Of a DNA stretch of 64,000 bases, positions 1 through 10,441 are shown one piece after another (position 1 is the stretch's first letter; each line of letters starts with the position of its first letter). Below the pieces are notes generated by a model, which had not been told where the DNA came from, ran no database searches, and saw only the letters and a list, made by a program, of their open reading frames with translations. This stretch comes from Bacteroidales bacterium (GTDB lineage: Bacteria; Bacteroidota; Bacteroidia; Bacteroidales; VadinHA17). The position numbers and the translations under genes are program-made. Where the stretch lies: NCBI GenBank assembly GCA_049512815.1, contig JBEKWS010000020.1:13093-77092 (forward strand), in the 5' to 3' direction.

Positions 1-1
1 C

Positions 2-349
2 TGGCATACTGATGATCCCTCCGAACAGAACCTCAGGGATGCAATTGACAAATTCTCCTCCCTTGGCCTTAAGGTACAGATAACGGAGTTTGATGTAACT
101 ATCTACACATCGAGGACTGATACAATCAACATTGGATTCACTCCGGAACGAGAGCAAAAACAGATTGACTTTTATAAAATGGCATTCAAGGTATTGCGGG
201 AGAAAAAAGATGTAATTACTGGAGTAACCTTCTGGAATATCTCCGATGGGAGAAGCTGGCTTGACAGACCAAATAAAAAAAGTTTTCCTTTATTGTTTGG
301 TGAGAACCTGAAACCAAAAAAGGCATACTGGGAAGTTGTAAAATTCTGA
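2..349 (+). CDS. C-terminal part of a GH10 endo-1,4-beta-xylanase (5' end outside window)
   Basis: The frame is open from the window edge to a TGA at 347-349. The translation contains LGLKVQITEFDV (GH10 nucleophile-type ITExD motif) and TFWNISDGRSWL (typical GH10 C-terminal motif). Confidence 0.75.
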   Translation, partial: WHTDDPSEQNLRDAIDKFSSLGLKVQITEFDVTIYTSRTDTINIGFTPEREQKQIDFYKMAFKVLREKKDVITGVTFWNISDGRSWLDRPNKKSFPLLFGENLKPKKAYWEVVKF

Positions 350-380
350 TATTTAAATCCTTACAACTAAGATCTTCAAA

Positions 381-413
381 AAGCTTGACAGGTAAAACTG
401 TTAAGCTTTTTTT
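381..413. terminator. Bidirectional intrinsic terminator between convergent genes
   Basis: An 11-bp stem (aagcttgacag / ctgttaagctt, one G-T pair) with a 6-nt loop. It is followed by a T-run on the + strand and preceded by an A-run, which gives a T-run on the - strand. Confidence 0.6.
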
Positions 414-426
414 ATTCTCGGTCGGA

Positions 427-1740
427 TCAGATTATGGAATTTAAAATCAATACCCCCATCAGCCCTATAAAAGATATGGTTGTCTCCATTAGAGTCCATG
501 AAAAAAAAGTCTGTTTTATCGACAGATTGAAAAACTCCTTGAACATCCAGAAAGCCGTATCATTAACATGCGACATAAATACACTGCCAGCACCTACAGC
601 CAGTACCAGCAATTCAGGTGATACATGAGTTGTGGCGAGTAAAGGCGCTACTATCCCGGAGGCTGTTATTCCGGCAACCGTTGCGGAGCCCAGGGTTACC
701 CTGAGCAATGCGGTAACCAGCCACGCAAATACCAGAACCGGCAACTGCCATTGTCTGCTTAACGAGGAAATATATTCAGCTGTACCGCTATCGGTAAGTA
801 CCTGCTTAAAAACGCCCCCTGCTGTTATTATCAATAAAATGACAGATATACCTGAGATACCTTCATTGAGCCACTTCATTACGACTTCCATTTTTCGCCC
901 TGACCTAAGTCCAAAGTACCATAATGCAACCAGGACAGTTAATAATAAAGCGATATTGGCATCACCCAAAAAGGCAAGAATTTTATTTGCTAATGATTCC
1001 TCAGGCAGGAAACTCCTTGAGATCACGGATAAGGTTATGAGAAATACCGGAAGCATCGCAATTATAAAGCTGGGCAATGCAGGCGGCAGTTTTTCATATG
1101 GGATGTCCTCTTTTGATGCGAATAACCCCACTATATCTATTTTTACATTTTTAAAGAGCGTTCCCAGAACAGGTCCGGCAATGATAATAGCCGGTATTGC
1201 AATTATTAATCCATATATCAAAGTTTTACCAAGGTCGGCGTTAAAAGCATTTACGAGTATAACAGGGCTCGGATGGGGCGGAAGGAAACAATGTACGGTT
1301 GACAGGGAGGCAGCCATCGGAATAACCAGATAAAGCAGCGGCAGGCGGGTTTCTTTGGCAACAGAGAAAACCAGGGGTATCAGAATAATGAAGCCGGCAT
1401 TATAATAAAGTGGAAGTCCGACCAGAAATCCGGTGAGAAGAAGTGACCACTGTATATTCTTTATCCCGAAACCCTTTATTAGTGTAGCTGATATTTTTTT
1501 TGCTGCACCACTTGATTCAAGTATCTTCCCAAGCACAGCTCCCAGACAGAGGATCAGTGCCAGACCTGATAGAGTGCTTCCCACGCCGTTTTCTATTGAT
1601 TTAATTATTTCCATTGGTTTCATTCCAAGAAAGAAACCACTGAGAATAGCAACAATCAGAAGTGAAATAAATGGGCTTACTTTTTTGACAGACAGAAAAA
1701 TCTGTAAGGAAATTGCCAGAGCTATAATAATGAATGTCAT
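427..1740 (-). CDS. GntP-family aldonate (gluconate-type):H+ symporter
   Basis: A 437-aa polytopic membrane protein. The N-terminus (..LLIVAILSGFFLGM..IENGVGSTLSGLALILCLGAVLGKILESSGAA..) is typical of the GntP family. Confidence 0.85.
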   Translation of the reverse strand: MTFIIIALAISLQIFLSVKKVSPFISLLIVAILSGFFLGMKPMEIIKSIENGVGSTLSGLALILCLGAVLGKILESSGAAKKISATLIKGFGIKNIQWSLLLTGFLVGLPLYYNAGFIILIPLVFSVAKETRLPLLYLVIPMAASLSTVHCFLPPHPSPVILVNAFNADLGKTLIYGLIIAIPAIIIAGPVLGTLFKNVKIDIVGLFASKEDIPYEKLPPALPSFIIAMLPVFLITLSVISRSFLPEESLANKILAFLGDANIALLLTVLVALWYFGLRSGRKMEVVMKWLNEGISGISVILLIITAGGVFKQVLTDSGTAEYISSLSRQWQLPVLVFAWLVTALLRVTLGSATVAGITASGIVAPLLATTHVSPELLVLAVGAGSVFMSHVNDTAFWMFKEFFNLSIKQTFFSWTLMETTISFIGLMGVLILNSII

Positions 1741-1777
1741 CCGGTTTAGTTCATTCCGCTTACCAGAGAAAGTACTA

Positions 1778-3499
1778 TTAATGGAGATCTCTTAAGACGA
1801 CTGATCCTGATCCTCCTTTCAGGAAATCAAAATCGCAACCTTTGTCGGCCTGCTCAACATGCTTTACGAACATACTGACGTATCCACGTTCAGCAACTGG
1901 TTTTGGAGCAGTCCAGACACTCCGCCTTTTCTGAAGTTCTTCTTCAAGTAAAAGAAGCGTAAGAGACCGTTTCTCCACATCAAGTTCAATCATATCTCCC
2001 GTTCTCACCAGGGCCAGGGTTCCTCCTACTGAGGATTCAGGCGATACATGCAATACAACTGTGCCATATGCTGTACCACTCATTCGGGCATCAGATATGC
2101 GGACCATATCTGTAATTCCCTTCTTAATCAGTTTTTCCGGGAGTTCCAGATTTCCTACCTCCGGCATTCCCGGATACCCAACAGGACCTGCACCTTTCAA
2201 TACCATAATGCAATTCTCGTCAATATCAAGATCAGGATTGTCAATTCTGGTATGATAATCCTCGATATTCTCAAAGACAACTGCCCTGCCTCTGTGTTGC
2301 AGCAATTTTCCTGAAGTAGCTGAAGGTTTGATAACAGCACCATTTTCACACAGGTTGCCCTTTAATACTGCAATTCCTGCTTTTTCCTTTAATGGTTTGT
2401 CGAGTGGTGCTATCACGTCATGATTATAACAAGCTGCTCCCTTACAGTTTTCACCTATTGTTTTCCCGTTGACAGTCAGAGCATCTGAATGGATGATCTT
2501 ACTTAGCTGATCGATGATCACTGGTAATCCACCCGCGTAATAGAAATCCTCCATCAGATATTTCCCTGAAGGCATAAGGTTTAATAAGAGCGGCATATCA
2601 CTTCCAAGGCGATCAAAATCATCAAGGTTCACATCAACTCCTATCCTCCCGGCCAGGGCTATCAGATGAATGACAAAATTGGTTGAGCCACCAACAGCTG
2701 AGTTTATCCTGATTGCGTTTTCAAAGGCTTTCCTTGTCAGTATATCCGACATTTTCATGTTTTCGTTAACCATCTCAACTATTCTGTTGCCGGAAAGGTG
2801 AGCCATAACCTTTTTCCTCGAGTCGATGGCAGGGACAGCAGAAGCACCTGGCAATGTCAGCCCAAGTGCCTCGACCATAGAGGCCATTGTCGATGCGGTA
2901 CCCATTGTCATGCAGTGGCCGGCACTTCGCGACATACAACTTTCTGCCTCAATTAAGTCTTCCCTAGAAACAGTTCCTGCCTTAATACCCTCCGATAGCT
3001 GCCATGTAGCTGTACCGGACCCGATATCTTTCCCCCTGAATTTACCGTTTAACATAGGTCCGCCTGGCACCACAATTGTGGGCAGATTCACACTTGCTGC
3101 TCCCATCAGGGTCGACGGAGTCGTTTTATCACAGCCTGTCAGAAGAACGATGCCATCGAGCGGATTAGCCCGGATCGTCTCTTCCACATCCATGCTTGCC
3201 AGGTTTCTCCAGAGCATCGTCGTTGGTTTCATTATTGTTTCGCCAAGCGACATTACAGGGAATTCCAGAGGAAAGCCTCCTGCTTCATAAACTCCGCGTT
3301 TAACAATTTCTGCAAATTCCCGTAAATGACCATTACAAGGTGTCAGATCAGACCAGGTATTGCAGATACCTATTACCGGCTTACCCCTGAACATATGGTC
3401 AGGATGACCCTGGTTTCTGAGCCAGCTGCGATGCACGAAACCCATCTTATCATCTTTCCCGAACCATTCTGTACTCCTTAAGTAAGATTTCTTTCCCAT
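1778..3499 (-). CDS. IlvD/Edd-family sugar-acid dehydratase (arabinonate/xylonate/dihydroxy-acid dehydratase type)
   Basis: A 573-aa protein with family motifs: ..PVIGICNTWSDLTPCNGHL.., ..LLTGCDKTTPS.. and ..SGTAYGTVVLHVSPES... It lies adjacent to and co-oriented with the GntP permease. Confidence 0.85.
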   Translation of the reverse strand: MGKKSYLRSTEWFGKDDKMGFVHRSWLRNQGHPDHMFRGKPVIGICNTWSDLTPCNGHLREFAEIVKRGVYEAGGFPLEFPVMSLGETIMKPTTMLWRNLASMDVEETIRANPLDGIVLLTGCDKTTPSTLMGAASVNLPTIVVPGGPMLNGKFRGKDIGSGTATWQLSEGIKAGTVSREDLIEAESCMSRSAGHCMTMGTASTMASMVEALGLTLPGASAVPAIDSRKKVMAHLSGNRIVEMVNENMKMSDILTRKAFENAIRINSAVGGSTNFVIHLIALAGRIGVDVNLDDFDRLGSDMPLLLNLMPSGKYLMEDFYYAGGLPVIIDQLSKIIHSDALTVNGKTIGENCKGAACYNHDVIAPLDKPLKEKAGIAVLKGNLCENGAVIKPSATSGKLLQHRGRAVVFENIEDYHTRIDNPDLDIDENCIMVLKGAGPVGYPGMPEVGNLELPEKLIKKGITDMVRISDARMSGTAYGTVVLHVSPESSVGGTLALVRTGDMIELDVEKRSLTLLLLEEELQKRRSVWTAPKPVAERGYVSMFVKHVEQADKGCDFDFLKGGSGSVVLRDLH

Positions 3500-3876
3500 A
3501 TTTTCTATTATTACTTATTGATTCATATTTCAAAGGACGAACGAGAGGTCAAAATTCCGCAAACTAACTATACCGGACAGTTCAGCCTGGGCGGTACGAT
3601 TGTTTTTCATAATTAAGACTACTTGTTTCAAGAAGCCGGACTGACTTTATCAATGCCATGGAAAGATAGAAAATCTTGTTCGAAATTAAAATCATCTGAC
3701 CTGAAACCTTAATGAATTAGAAATATTTTTTTATTTTATATATTTAATGACCTATTTTTTGCATCTGTGACAAAAAATTAAAAGAAAAATCTGATTTTTT
3801 TTGTCCTAAAGCATCATGATTTAAATTAACTTCAATTTAATTTGAGATTAATTTTTCATCATTTAATCATAATTAT

Positions 3877-3975
3877 GTCGAGACAGCAGCAGAAGCAACA
3901 GTTCTGGGTCTTAAAGCCGGGGTCGACTCCGACTGCGGAAGTGTTTATCAGACAAGTGCCATCGATGCTCTGAAT
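3877..3975 (+). pseudogene. Short relic resembling an internal GH3 glycosidase segment
   Basis: An isolated frame in an AT-rich intergenic region reads VETAAEATVLGLKAGVDSDCGSVYQTSAIDALN. This is similar to the ..A(L/V)KAG.D.(E/D)CG..Y.. segment of GH3 beta-xylosidases/glucosidases. No start codon or remaining domain is present. Confidence 0.35.
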
Positions 3976-4226
3976 ACAATGATAATACAATGATGATTGT
4001 TGGCGGAAATTTTCTTATTAAGGCTGTTAGTCTTAAATGGTGATAGCTGCCATCAATTTGTTAAAAAGGTACATAGGAGAATTAATTTTATGTAATTTTA
4101 GATGACAGTTTAAAACATGGAATCGTAGAATTGTTTTTAAGATTAAAACTCTGAAAAAGTCAATAGCCAATTATCTAACTCAAATATCAAGTAACCTAAC
4201 TTATTAATTAACTTAAAAATTTGTCT

Positions 4227-5732
4227 ATGAAAAAACTGAGAATTTTACTCTATTGCATGATTTTGTCCGGTTTGTTTTCCGGAAATCTTCTGTCGCAGGA
4301 GCCCGCTGTCATTAAAATTGATTTTGACCGTAAAATAGGTGCCATCGATCAAAACATTTACAGCGGTTTCGTTGAACCTATCTTTACCACTGTTTATGGC
4401 AATATATACGATCCTTCATCTCCTCTGGCAGATGAGAACGGATTCAGGAAAGATCTTATTCAGCTTCTCAAGCAACTGAAAATTCGTGCCCTAAGGTGGC
4501 CAGGTGGAAATTATGTATCAGGCTATAACTGGGAGGATGGAATTGGTCCTAAGAATCAACGTCCTGCAAGGATGGATCTTGCCTGGCACCAGATCGAAAC
4601 CAACCAGATGGGAACAGATGAATACGCCAAATTCACCAGCCTTATCGGAGCTGAAAATTTTATTTGTATAAATGCAGGAACAGGCACTCTTGACCAGGCC
4701 AGACACTGGATCGAATATTGCAATGTTGAAAAAGGAACATATTATTCAGATCTCAGAAGAAAGTACGGAAATGAAAAGCCCTATAATGTGAAATACTGGG
4801 CTCTTGGAAATGAAATAGACGGACCATGGCAGATGGGACAGAAAAATGCAGAAGATTATGTCAAGTTCTCCCTCGAAGCAGGCAAACTGATGCAATGGGT
4901 GGATAAGAATATTAAGCTGGTTGCAATTGGTGCTTCAAATTACAAGCCGGATATGGCCTGGATTGACTGGAACGATTATGTACTGACACATATGGCCGGC
5001 AGTATTGATTATCTTTCCGTACACAGATATGTAAATGAGGCATTACCTACAGGTGACCGCAGTTTCTCCAGTGTAATGTCATTAGGCCTTGATCTTGACC
5101 AGAGGATAGGAATGATAAGATCGTTGATCCAGAAGGCTTTAATGAAAACAGGATCAAAAAGACCAATATACATTTCATTTGATGAATGGGCAGGGGGGGG
5201 AAATAACCTTACCGGATCTTTACAGTTAGCTCAGCATCTGAATGCTTTTATAAGGAACGCCGATATAGTTAAGATGGCTAACATTACAATGTTAACAAGC
5301 CTTGTAGGCATTTCACCGGATGGTGATTTCAAGAATGCACTATTTTACCCATTCTTTCTGTTCTCCAATAACTGCAATGGTACTTCTCTCAATGTAAGTA
5401 CCAACTGTGAAAAATACAGTAATAAAATATTTAATGATATACCTTATCTTGACGTCACAGCTGCATTGAATGACTCAACTAAGACTCTGGTAGTAAATGT
5501 CGTCAACAGACATGAGACAAAAGATATCCAGTCAAATATAGTTTTACAGACTGGTGATTTTACCGGAAGTGCCACAGCAAACGAAGTAAACGGCAAAACA
5601 ATCACTTCGGGTAATACGAAGACCGAAGAGGCTGTAGGTATCAAGACCAGGGAGGTTAAATTTAAGGGGAATAACATTCAGTACACTTTCCCTGCACATT
5701 CATTTACACAGCTGGTGATTCCCTTTAAATAA
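4227..5732 (+). CDS. GH51 alpha-L-arabinofuranosidase, copy 1 (secreted)
   Basis: Motifs RWPGGNYVSGYNWEDGIGP, WALGNEIDGPWQMG (acid/base GNE) and YISFDEW (nucleophile region), plus a signal peptide MKKLRILLYCMILSGLFSG. The start was moved to the ATG at 4227, because the ORF track begins at a TTG at 4221. Confidence 0.9.
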   Translation: MKKLRILLYCMILSGLFSGNLLSQEPAVIKIDFDRKIGAIDQNIYSGFVEPIFTTVYGNIYDPSSPLADENGFRKDLIQLLKQLKIRALRWPGGNYVSGYNWEDGIGPKNQRPARMDLAWHQIETNQMGTDEYAKFTSLIGAENFICINAGTGTLDQARHWIEYCNVEKGTYYSDLRRKYGNEKPYNVKYWALGNEIDGPWQMGQKNAEDYVKFSLEAGKLMQWVDKNIKLVAIGASNYKPDMAWIDWNDYVLTHMAGSIDYLSVHRYVNEALPTGDRSFSSVMSLGLDLDQRIGMIRSLIQKALMKTGSKRPIYISFDEWAGGGNNLTGSLQLAQHLNAFIRNADIVKMANITMLTSLVGISPDGDFKNALFYPFFLFSNNCNGTSLNVSTNCEKYSNKIFNDIPYLDVTAALNDSTKTLVVNVVNRHETKDIQSNIVLQTGDFTGSATANEVNGKTITSGNTKTEEAVGIKTREVKFKGNNIQYTFPAHSFTQLVIPFK

Positions 5733-5778
5733 CTTAGAAGTAATTACAGGCGCTAAGTTGTAGTAATATACCATTACG

Positions 5779-5825
5779 GACCTCCCTGAAACGTATCAGA
5801 TAGATACCTTCAATGAGGTCTTTTT
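5779..5825 (+). terminator. Probable intrinsic terminator of GH51 copy 1
   Basis: An outer stem gacctc/gaggtc and an inner gtatc-N5-gatac stem, followed by TTTTT. It is homologous in position and structure to the stronger hairpin after copy 2. Confidence 0.45.
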
Positions 5826-6050
5826 ATTCGCAGAGTGCCTTCCCGGATGAAATGCAATCAGATGTTATGGGTTTTCATCAATTTAAAAAAAAAGGGACTG
5901 CAGATGATTAATTTTAGTTAATTTTAAATGTTTGTTTGGAATATTAAAGCGTAGAATCTTTTTAAGATTTCATATCTGGAAAGTTGGCAGGTAATTATCT
6001 GACAAAAATATTAATTAACCTAACTTATCAATCAACTTAAAAATTTATCT

Positions 6051-7556
6051 ATGAAAAAACTGAGACCCTTACTCTATTGCATGGTTTTGTCCGGTTTGTT
6101 TTCCGGGAATCTGCTGTCGCAGGAACCTGCTGTTATTAAAATTGACTTTGACCGTAAAATAGGAGCAGTTGATCCCAACATTTACAGCGCTTTTGTTGAA
6201 CCTACCCGTGCCGTATATGGTCCTATTTATGATCCTTCTTCTCCTCTTGCTGATGAAAACGGATTCAGGAAGGATTTTATTCAGCTTATTAAACAGCTGA
6301 AAATACATGCACTCAGATGGCCGGGAGGTAATTTTGTCTCCGGCTATGATTGGGAGGATGGAATCGGACCTAAAAATCAGCGTCCTGCAAAACTGGACCT
6401 TGCATGGCATCAGATTGAAACAAATCAGATGGGAACTGATGAGTATGCAAAATTTTGCAGCCTTATCGGAGCTGAAAATTTCATTTGTATAAATGAGGGA
6501 ACAGGCACACTTGACCAGGCGAGACATTGGGTTGAATATTGTAACGTTGAAAAAGGAACATACTATTCTGATCTCAGGAGGAAGTATGGTAATGAAAAGC
6601 CTTTTAATGTAAAATTCTGGGGGCTTGGAAACGAAATCGACGGACCATGGCAGATGGGACAGAAAAATGCAGAAGATTATGTCAAGTTCTCCCTCGAAGC
6701 AGGCAAACTGATGCAATGGGTGGATAAGAATATTAAGCTGGTTGCAGTCGGTGCTTCAAATTACAAGCCGGATATGGCCTGGATTGACTGGAACGATTAT
6801 GTACTGACACATATGGCCGGCAGTATTGATTATCTTTCAGTACATAGGTATGCTACTGAGGCACTACCAACTGGCGACCGGAGCTTCTCAAACATGATGT
6901 GCCTTGGTCTTGATGTGGACCAAAAGATAGATATGGTAAAAGCACTGATTGAAAAAGCTATGATGAAATCAGGATCAAAAAGACCTATTTACATTTCATT
7001 CGACGAGTGGTCTGCAGGCTGGGGCAATACCCTTACCGGATCATTAATGGTTGCACAGCATCTGAACTCCTTCATCAGACATGCGGATATAGTTAAAATG
7101 TCCAATTTTACCATGATTTCCGGTCTTGTTGGCTCTTCCCCCGACGGAGATTACAGGAATGCTGTGTTCAATGCATTCTATCTTTATTCAAATAACTGCT
7201 ACGGCAATGCTCTCAATGTTTATACCAGCTGCGAAAAGTACAGTAATAAAGTATTCAATGATATACCTTATCTTGACGTAACAGCTGTATTAAACGATTC
7301 AACTAAGAAACTGGTAGTAAATGTTGTCAACAGGCATGAGACAAAGGACATTCCTGCAGATATAGTTTTACAATCCGGGAATTTTACCGAAAGTGCAACT
7401 ATTAATGAGGTAAACGGAAAGGCAATAGATGCTGTCAACACCAAGACCGATGAGGCAATAGCTATTAAAACCAAAGACCTGAAGTTTAAAGGAAATACCA
7501 TTCGTTACAGTTTTCCTGCACACTCATTGACACAATTAATAATTCCAATTAAGTAA
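6051..7556 (+). CDS. GH51 alpha-L-arabinofuranosidase, copy 2 (secreted)
   Basis: A 501-aa paralogue of the 4227-5732 product. The catalytic motifs are the same (WGLGNEIDGPWQMG, YISFDEW) and the signal peptide is nearly identical. Confidence 0.9.
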   Translation: MKKLRPLLYCMVLSGLFSGNLLSQEPAVIKIDFDRKIGAVDPNIYSAFVEPTRAVYGPIYDPSSPLADENGFRKDFIQLIKQLKIHALRWPGGNFVSGYDWEDGIGPKNQRPAKLDLAWHQIETNQMGTDEYAKFCSLIGAENFICINEGTGTLDQARHWVEYCNVEKGTYYSDLRRKYGNEKPFNVKFWGLGNEIDGPWQMGQKNAEDYVKFSLEAGKLMQWVDKNIKLVAVGASNYKPDMAWIDWNDYVLTHMAGSIDYLSVHRYATEALPTGDRSFSNMMCLGLDVDQKIDMVKALIEKAMMKSGSKRPIYISFDEWSAGWGNTLTGSLMVAQHLNSFIRHADIVKMSNFTMISGLVGSSPDGDYRNAVFNAFYLYSNNCYGNALNVYTSCEKYSNKVFNDIPYLDVTAVLNDSTKKLVVNVVNRHETKDIPADIVLQSGNFTESATINEVNGKAIDAVNTKTDEAIAIKTKDLKFKGNTIRYSFPAHSLTQLIIPIK

Positions 7557-7599
7557 TCTGATCTGAGTACAGGAAATTAAAGACGTAAAAAATTGTCCT

Positions 7600-7648
7600 G
7601 GCCTCACTGGAACGTATCAAAAAGATACCTTAAGTGAGGCCTTTTTTT
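7600..7648 (+). terminator. Intrinsic terminator of GH51 copy 2
   Basis: A 9-bp stem ggcctcact/agtgaggcc with an inner gtatc/gatac stem, followed by TTTTTTT. Confidence 0.7.
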
Positions 7649-7809
7649 AAGGGATGTATAATTCAGTGTGCTCTTTATAATGAGAATCGGTAACATATTT
7701 AAACCCGGAATAGCTTCTGCGAAAGAAAACGGGTTTCCATAATATTGGACTGAAAACTCAGGGGTATCAGACATAATTGGTACATTTACCATAAATAATA
7801 GTCAAAAAC

Positions 7810-10384
<2,575 letters not shown>

Positions 10385-10441
10385 TGATTTTGCACAAAAG
10401 CTTTTTAATTGATTAATTTAACTTCATAATTCAATTTTACC

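Larger units (their letters stand above)
4081..7648 (+). repeat. Tandem direct duplication (two ~1.75 kb units), each carrying leader, GH51 gene and terminator
   Basis: Unit 1 (~4081-5825) and unit 2 (~5906-7648) align with an offset of ~1823-1825 nt. The alignment covers ~145 bp upstream of the start codons (..cgtagaat..tttttaagatt.. / ..aacctaacttat..aacttaaaaattt.tctatgaaaaaactgaga) and the downstream hairpins. Confidence 0.9.

Noticed and set aside
632-1333. Long ORFs on the strand opposite to well-supported genes, for example 632-1333 (+), 2826-3290 (+), 6069-6716 (-), 19111-19557 (-), 32033-32587 (+), 32873-33457 (+), 42227-42784 (-), 55895-56659 (-).
   Set aside because: Each lies entirely inside a longer ORF with clear family motifs on the other strand. 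Their translations are low-complexity or rich in Cys/Arg/Ser with no recognisable motifs, so they are shadow ORFs.
3500-4226. A search for Bacteroidota-type promoters (TAnnTTTG -7 box with an upstream TTTG) in the large AT-rich spacers (3500-4226, 16791-17252, 18853-19069, 45548-46020).
   Set aside because: Many partial matches occur by chance in such AT-rich DNA. I could not single out a convincing site without transcript data, so no promoter feature is reported.
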